Assembly (NCBI GenBank): GCA_951406725.2
Contig: OX597820.1
Span: forward strand, 44,144,001-44,208,000
Reading direction: 5' to 3'
Source: Octopus vulgaris
Lineage: Eukaryota
DNA length: 64,000 nucleotides
Position numbers and translations under genes: made by a program. How positions within the stretch are numbered: the first letter of the stretch is position 1; the number at the start of each line of letters is the position of its first letter. Below the pieces are notes generated by a model. That model was given only the letters and a program-made list of their open reading frames with translations, was not told the origin of the DNA and searched no databases. Shown one piece after another: positions 57,111-64,000 of this stretch.

Positions 57111-57301
57111 TAGATAACGGAAACAATGTCACATTTTAAACCTGAGAAAAGTCTTGTTCCGTTTACAGATTGTATTTATAATGTGTGAATCAGATTGTTG
57201 ATTTATTTAACTGAAAATACAAATTTATCCAGACTGACAGTTAGGCTTGTATGTATGCATGTATGTATGTATGTATGTATGTATGTATGTATGTATGTAT
57301 G

Positions 57302-57332
<31 letters not shown>

Positions 57333-57429
57333 GTATGTATGTATGTATGTATGTATGAATGTATGTATGTATTATGTATGTGTGAATGTATGTATGTATG
57401 TATGTATGTATGTATGCATGTATGTATGA

Positions 57430-58000
57430 CATTATTCAGTTTATTTCAAAATTTCTTGCCAATAGAGAAAGAACCGGTTTCTAACCTAGATCCAAGACTC
57501 CTTCACTGGAATTTCAACATCAACAACATGATATTTTTATGTGTATGCATGTATTTATGTATGCATGTATGCATGTATGCATGCATGTATGTATGTATGT
57601 ATGTATGTATGTATGTATGTATGTATGTATGTATGTATGTATGTATGTATGTATGTATGCATGTATGTATGTATGCGCAGATTTGTATGCATATAGTTGC
57701 ATATCTAGACATGCTCATATATATTTATATATATGATCTGGAAAGTTTTACAGATTTTTTACAGTTCCAGTGATGGATTGGATCTGCAGTCTTCGAGTTA
57801 GCTTTTCCCTTTCTGGTTTTGAGAAGCCTAATTTCTCAAGATTGGTATTTAGGCAGATTGGTATTTACCTATGCCAAGGCCCCAGTAATTACAGGTATAA
57901 ACCTGAACTTGTAATCTGGATAGAGAAACTGCACATTTCTCAATAGTTCAGCATAGGTGTTCTCTTTTTCGCTGATCTTCAGCTTTATGTTAACATCTCT
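57430..58000 (-). mobile_element. R4/Dong-like (RLE) LINE 3' end (subfamily 1) with internal and terminal (CATA)n
   Basis: DVNIKLKISEKENTYAELLRNVQFLYPDYKFRFIPVITGAL is a typical RLE C-terminus (K..KY..L...IPVI.GALG); 3' UTR ends ...GAAATAAACTGAATAATGT(CATA)n. Confidence 0.8.
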
Positions 58001-58019
58001 GTACCTTGAGAAAGTGAGG

Positions 58020-58290
58020 CGTTCTAACACTCTCCAGGCCAGCCCTAATACGGGGTATGACACTCTGCCACGAGCGCTCTGTCGCTTAGTCGCGTCTCTG
58101 CATCCTCAACAGACACTACTGCTTTCCATTTCCATCTTGCTCTAACTTCAATACCAGCCTGAGAGACTTTGTGATCGCAGGAATCTCTCTATTGCAACAC
58201 CTCACCAGTGATGGTCATCTCGGATTCTCTTTGGCGGTTGATGTGGAACTTGTTATTCTTTCAATACGAGATGCTACTCGTGCACCGAGG
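58020..58290 (-). mobile_element. HERO-like RLE non-LTR retrotransposon fragment
   Basis: Minus strand RDSCDHKVSQAGIEVRARWKWKAVVSVEDAETRLSDRALV..RAGL resembles the post-RT 'AGIEVRTGRKW..AE.RL..GRAGLG' block (recalled, not searched). Confidence 0.5.
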
Positions 58291-58427
58291 AAGTCCTTAC
58301 TATATATACATGTATACGCGCGTATATATATATATGTGTATATGTGTGCGTGTGTGTGCATGTATGTATATATATATACACGCACACACACACGTATATA
58401 TAGAGAGAGAGAGGGAGGGGGAGAGAG

Positions 58428-58443
58428 AAGAAGATGATGATGT

Positions 58444-58476
<33 letters not shown>

Positions 58477-58681
58477 GGATGATGATGATGAGGATGATGA
58501 TGAAGAAGAAGAAGAAGAAGAAGAAGAAGAAGAAGAAGAAGAAGAAGAAGAAGAAGAAGAAGAAGAAGAAGAAGAAGAAGAAGAAGAAGAAGAAGAAGAA
58601 GAAGATAGAGAGAGAATGTATTTGCGTGCACATACAAAGAAACTCATGCACTTGCTAATATGTCGGGACGCGAATATAGAG

Positions 58682-58736
<55 letters not shown>

Positions 58737-58738
58737 AA
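58428..58738. repeat. (GAT)n, (GAA)n and (GAAA)n microsatellites
   Basis: Directly visible; source of the poly-D/E/K ORFs. Confidence 0.96.
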
Positions 58739-59388
58739 ATGCGTTAAAGAAAAGGAGGTAATGAGACAGACAAAGAAATTGAAGGAAAGAGAACAGATGA
58801 AGAGAGAGCGGGGTGGAGAGAGAGAAAGAGAGAGAAATTGTTAGAAAATAAGAGAGAAAAGACACAGCTCGCAGCGACATCTAACCTAAAACACATGAAC
58901 GACAAAAAAAAAATTGTAACAACATAAACGTGCTCCATGAAAGGTGGTTAGGTTAAAGATGTTGTAAATTGAGGCCAGCCGCTATGTTGAGATCTGCTGC
59001 TCGTTCTTTCATAATTTCTTTACCATTTAGAAAATGAACATTTTTTTATTTATTTATTTATTTATTTGTTTATTGTTATTTTGTTAATGGTTTACGTTCA
59101 TTTTTTACATTTTCTTTATTTTTATTTTTATTTTTACTTTTTTTTTCAGTCGACATATTGGCTGCACCCATTAATAAAATAACAGGCAACGAGTTACCTC
59201 CTCCTCCTCTCTGCCAACATCGGTCTCTCGCTCTATCATTCACTCACTCACTCTCTATCTATCTATCTATCTATCTATTTCTCTCACTCTTTCTCTCTCT
59301 CTCTCTCTATCTCTCTCACTCGTTCTAGTTATAACTCCTCTCTTTATCACATTCTAACTATACAGCGCACAATATATTTAGTGTTGTA

Positions 59389-60047
59389 AGGCGGCGAGCT
59401 GGCAGAAACGTTAGCATGCCGAGCGAAATTCGTAGCCGTATTTCGTCTGCCGTTACGTTCCGAGTTCAAATTCCACCGAGGTCGACTTTGCCTTTCATCC
59501 TTTCGGGGTCGATAAATTAAATACCAGTTACGCACTGGGCTCAATGTAATCGACTTAATCCGTTTGTCTGTCCTTGTTTGTTCTCTCAGTGTTTAGCCCC
59601 TTGTGGGTAGTAAAGAAATAGGTATTTCGTCTGCCGCTACGTTCTGAGTTCAAACTCCGCCGAGGTCGACTTTGCCTTTCATCCTTTCGGGATCGATTAA
59701 ATAAGTACCATTTACGCACTAGGGTCGATATAATCGACTTAATCCGTTTGTCTGTACTTGTTTGTCCTCTACGTGTTTAACCCCTTGTGGGTAGTAAAGA
59801 AATAGGTATTTCGTCTGTTTTTACGTTCTGAGTTCAAATTCCGCCGAGGTCGACTTTGCCTTTCATCCTTTCGGGGTCGATAAATTAAGTACCAGTTACG
59901 TACTGGGGTCGTTGTAATCGACTTAATCCGTTTGTCTGTCCTTGTTTGTTCCCTCTATGTTTAGCCCCTTGTGGGCAATAAAGAAATAAGAAACGTTGGC
60001 ACGCTGGTGAAGTGTTTAGCGGTATTTCGTCTGCCTTTAAGTTCTGA
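59389..60047 (+). mobile_element. SINE family C tandem array (three full units plus a partial fourth)
   Basis: ATTTCGTCTG at 59440, 59624 and 59808 (184-bp period) and at 60024. Confidence 0.92.
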
Positions 60048-60411
60048 CACATGCGCACACACACAAACACTCACATATCGATAAACCAGAGCTTTAGAAC
60101 CAAAATACCTCGCAACATTTCTTTCGACTGATCAGCACTTACACTCCTTCGTAACACTGGCCACCTGGTCATCTGGCCATGATAAATGCAATGAGCCAAT
60201 GATTGGCTGAATTGAAAGTATGTAACCAGCGACGCTCTTGTTTATATAATTCGTAAAATGTATATTAATAACGCTTGTAATGTTCTGTTACACAGAACAA
60301 CTCAAGCATTATTGAAAGCCTTTCACTAACTAGACATTACGTCTATATTAATTTTCTCAGTTTTCCAACGCCATAAAAATATACACATCTCTGTTTATAT
60401 ACTAAAACACC

Positions 60412-60680
60412 TTGTTGTGTCTGGGGAGAGTCATTCTCTTTTAGTGGCTATTAATTTGACACACACTCACCGGTAAAATTTCCATTTATTTCTCTTTTAT
60501 TTTTCTAAAATTCTCGTTGCGTTTTGCAACCTTTTCAATAGTTTTGAGAGTCAAAACTATTGAGAAGGTTGCAAGGCGCAACAAAAATTTTAGAAAAATG
60601 AAAAAGAAATAAGAGGAAATTTTACCGGTGGGTATGTTAAATTATAAGGCACTAAAAAAGACGCTCATCAGACACGACAG
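60412..60680. repeat. ~270-bp palindrome (foldback) centred at ~60548, within a larger unclassified repeat
   Basis: CACCGGTAAAATTTCC...CAATAGTTTTGA gag TCAAAACTATTG...GGAAATTTTACCGGTG. Confidence 0.88.
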
Positions 60681-60739
60681 AATATGCTTCAACACACGAA
60701 CTCACATAAGGAATCTTGCAAAACAAATCCCAAGACGAA

Positions 60740-60840
<101 letters not shown>

Positions 60841-60993
60841 TGTATGTATGTACATACATACACACAGCTATATATATATATATATAGAAATTCGGGGTGA
60901 GTACTTGATAATTATAAGCACCTGTGTATACCGTTTGGTGGTGTAGGTGGTGGAGTAAATTGATCAAAATAAAAACATGATGCGAAGGATTCA

Positions 60994-61071
60994 GCGGTAC
61001 ATATGTTTCGGGCCTTTATTAGACAGATTTATAACAATGCATAATGTATGTCTGTGGCCTTCTTCAGCCGC
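60994..61071 (-). ncRNA. Type-I hammerhead ribozyme (inverted copy)
   Basis: Exact reverse complement of 62687-62764. Confidence 0.75.
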
Positions 61072-62686
61072 TTCCTCCTATATATACAAATTTTGTCTCC
61101 CATACATGACTTCTTTTCCCTAAATATTTCTTCTCCTACACCCATATCCTTCCTATATAGTCTCTTTACTTCCCTATATCTATACCCTTTCACATTTCTA
61201 GCTCGGATGTTGAACGCACACCGCCAAACTCCACTTCCCACCCTTCCAATTTTCAGTTCCACCCGCCCGCCCCTACGTGGGCATTTTTAACACACACCTC
61301 TAACTTTCAACCACCTTCATCTCATGTTAAATTATATTTTTATCTTATTTTATTTTATTTTTTTATTTTTATTTTTACTTTTATTCTACTTCCATTTATT
61401 CTCATTTTCATTTTCATCCCTTACCTTAACTCTTATAATTTTTATAATTCTTATATTTCATTTCTAACTATTACATTGTATTTCTTATTTTATACTGTAT
61501 TTCTTACTTTTATTTCTAATTTTTACCCTTACCCTCATTCTTACCCCTAGCTTATCGCTTTACATCTCTATATATGTTTATTTACTTACCTATGGATCTA
61601 CTTTTGACTATACGAGCGTCCGTGTACGTATGTATACGCATACATACATATACGCGCGCATACATGTACATGCATTTTTTGATATCTTATAGCTATACCC
61701 ATATGTCTGTGTGTGTGTGTGTAGGTGTATGTGCGCACGCACATACGTACACACAGCCGTATGTGCGTGCACGTATAGACGTGATTCCTTACATACGCTC
61801 TTATATACATCCTTTAATATCTTATATCTAGTCCTGGAAGCGTGGGCATATGCGTGTGTGTATGTAGGGATGGGCGCGCGTATGTACATGTGAGTGTGTA
61901 CACGTATAGTGTCCATATATACATGCGGATATTCTGTTGTATGTATGTATGTGTACGCACGTGCGTGTGGGTGTGTGTGTGTTTATATGCATGTTTACAC
62001 GCGAGTGCGTGTGTATACTTGTAGGCTTGGAGGCGTATATGTACGCGTGTATATGGGTGTATGTATCCATGTTGGTGTATGTACTAGAAGTCCAAATAAT
62101 TCAAGGAACCAGATTAAACGCTCAACAGCTCTGATTTACAACGCATTAAGTCCCCAGACGAAACTGTTGATTTACTAACAATTCTACAACTAAATTTTAT
62201 CAATCTCCTGACCACCATGCTTGGTTCGTAACCTCTATACATCCCTTATCTTTATATTTTTTTACATTTTGTTACATTTTTATCATGTTTTTTTACTTTT
62301 ATTTCTATTTCTATTTTTACTTTTATGCCTTTACATTTATTTATATTTCTTTATATTTCTTTATATTCTTTATACCCCCTTTACATCTCCTTATATCTCT
62401 TTATATCTTTATGCTCTACATTTTTATATTTTTCTATACTTACACTTTTTATACATTTTTTATCCCTCGTCCTGAATTCTCGCCCCTCCATCTTCACGTA
62501 TATACATGTATTTATTTATTTACATTACTTCAACATCCAATTTTCCTCATCCTACATTGAGAGAAGAAAGAGATGGACGCTTCAATTCTATGCTGCTGCC
62601 GCATTATGTCGTACGCGAATGAGAGGATTTGCATCCCCAACCAAGAATTTTTGATGTAACACATGTCCTTGTGGAAGCTGTTGTGC

Positions 62687-62764
62687 GCGGCTGAAGAAGG
62701 CCACAGACATACATTATGCATTGTTATAAATCTGTCTAATAAAGGCCCGAAACATATGTACCGC
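62687..62764 (+). ncRNA. Type-I hammerhead ribozyme with extended stem II
   Basis: GCGG-CTGAAGA-a GGCC [41 nt containing ACAGA/TCTGT] GGCC c-GAAACATATGTA-CCGC; palindromic ACATATGT stem III; GUA site at 62758-62760. Confidence 0.78.
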
Positions 62765-62987
62765 TGAATCCTTCGCATCATGTTTTTATTTTGATCAATT
62801 TATATATATATATATATATACAAAGACATATACGCATATACATGCATACAGCCATATATATATAAATGTATCTACCGTTCGCTAAATATTTGAAACAGCT
62901 ATACTTATATGTATCATCTTATATAAACACACTTAACGCCTATAATTGGTTGTCCATCTTCCCTGTCCTATTTGTGTGCGCGTTTGC

Positions 62988-63073
<86 letters not shown>

Positions 63074-63539
63074 CAAGAGAAGAGAGAGATACATATATAT
63101 TGAGAGCGAGAGACAGAGAGAGAGACAAACAGACGGGCAGACAGTGAGAGAGGGGGAGAGAGGGATAGACAGACATGCAGACAGATAATGTTTAAAATAT
63201 CCCACACAATTCGGAAAATATGAAAAATAATGCTAAAAATTTTTAAATGCGCTTTTCCTTTTACATTACAGTTAATTAATTCCAAAGTATATTATTACAG
63301 TCAAGTCATTTCAAAGTACAACAATAGTCCTTGATAAACAGATTGTCATAATCAAATCAATTCAAAACACCTTTTTACATATTCAAAAATATCATGTCAT
63401 ATCCAAAATACATTACTGCAATCAAATCATTTCAATATTACGAATCCCAAAAATACTTTATTAAACACGCCAAATCCATAAATACAATAATGCATAATTA
63501 AATATTTCAAAGTACATAATTACAAATAGGTTTGTAGTA

Positions 63540-63900
63540 AAGTATTCGAAGTCTCCGGGCTCTGCCTCAAAATGGGGCAAATTCTTAAAATAAAAAATAA
63601 TTTTATGCTTTTCGGGAAAGGTAGTTTATATGATAACACATGTAGGTGCGGCGAAAGTTATATTGGCCAAACGGGCTTGTCACCTAGAAAATGCATAACG
63701 GTTCACTGTCAACAAATACGTGATACGAACACTAGAAAAACTCGACTATGTGAGCATTTAGATAGAAGCGCAGGAACTCACAACCAGAATTTAAGCTTTT
63801 CCTATTATATCATTGTGTAGAAAATTTGTGAGCAGCAAAGAAAAAATATAGAAATTATGTAAAATATAAACCAAGTTTAAATCGTTAACCATATACTGAC
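63540..63900 (+). pseudogene. PLE GIY-YIG endonuclease remnant
   Basis: SLYDNTCRCGESYIGQTG...RKCITVHCQQIRD...LCEHLD. Confidence 0.8.
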
Positions 63901-64000
63901 AACAATTTTAAATTCACTTATAATTTATAAAATATTTTCCCATATGTATTTGAATATGTATTTGAATAGTTCAAAAAAGTAAAAAAATTTACATCCCTAT

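Larger units (their letters stand above)
55760..57247 (-). mobile_element. R4/Dong-like LINE 3' end (subfamily 2) split by a mariner
   Basis: 57113-57247 and 55760-55842 reverse-complement to sequence homologous to 42440-42640. Confidence 0.6.
60886..62802 (+). mobile_element. Non-autonomous PLE-derived element with identical 116-bp inverted ends carrying HHRs
   Basis: 60956-61071 is the exact reverse complement of 62687-62802; the left arm has a ~70-bp extension; (TA)n on both flanks; no RT or endonuclease ORF inside. Confidence 0.8.

Noticed and set aside
55785-57140. Apparent hammerhead (CTGAAGA ... GAAACAATGTC) re-formed after removing mariner 2
   Set aside because: The sequence is the antisense of an RLE-LINE 3' UTR homologous to 42440-42640; stems I and II do not pair convincingly.
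62122-62170. Type-III hammerhead-like fold TCAACAG...GTC ccca GAC GAAA CTGTTGA
   Set aside because: No CUGANGA before stem II and no stem I; treated as an ordinary hairpin.

Overview
This is a eukaryotic, AT-rich, microsatellite-saturated window with no intact host gene, rRNA, tRNA or CRISPR array. Its repeat content resembles Octopus-like cephalopod intronic or intergenic DNA (inference from the SINE families and microsatellite load). Nearly all ORFs in the supplied track are translations of simple repeats. Recognisable content: two decayed mariner transposons with TIRs and TA target duplications; several Penelope-like retroelement (PLE) remnants (RT, GIY-YIG, pseudo-LTRs); L1/Tx1-like, R4/Dong-like and HERO-like LINE fragments; three tRNA-derived SINE families, one forming 184-bp tandem arrays; and several foldback/MITE elements. 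The most notable unannotated signal is about 11 minimal type-I hammerhead ribozyme (HHR) motifs with palindromic stem III. They include non-canonical cores (A6U, U3-A8 covariant, unpaired 10.1-11.1) and a young ~1.9-kb non-coding element with identical 116-bp HHR-bearing inverted ends. RLE-LINE 3' ends are stacked in (CATA)n microsatellites, and there is a possible TATA/Inr first exon near 40.1-40.3 kb. All coordinates were read by eye, and TE boundaries are approximate.
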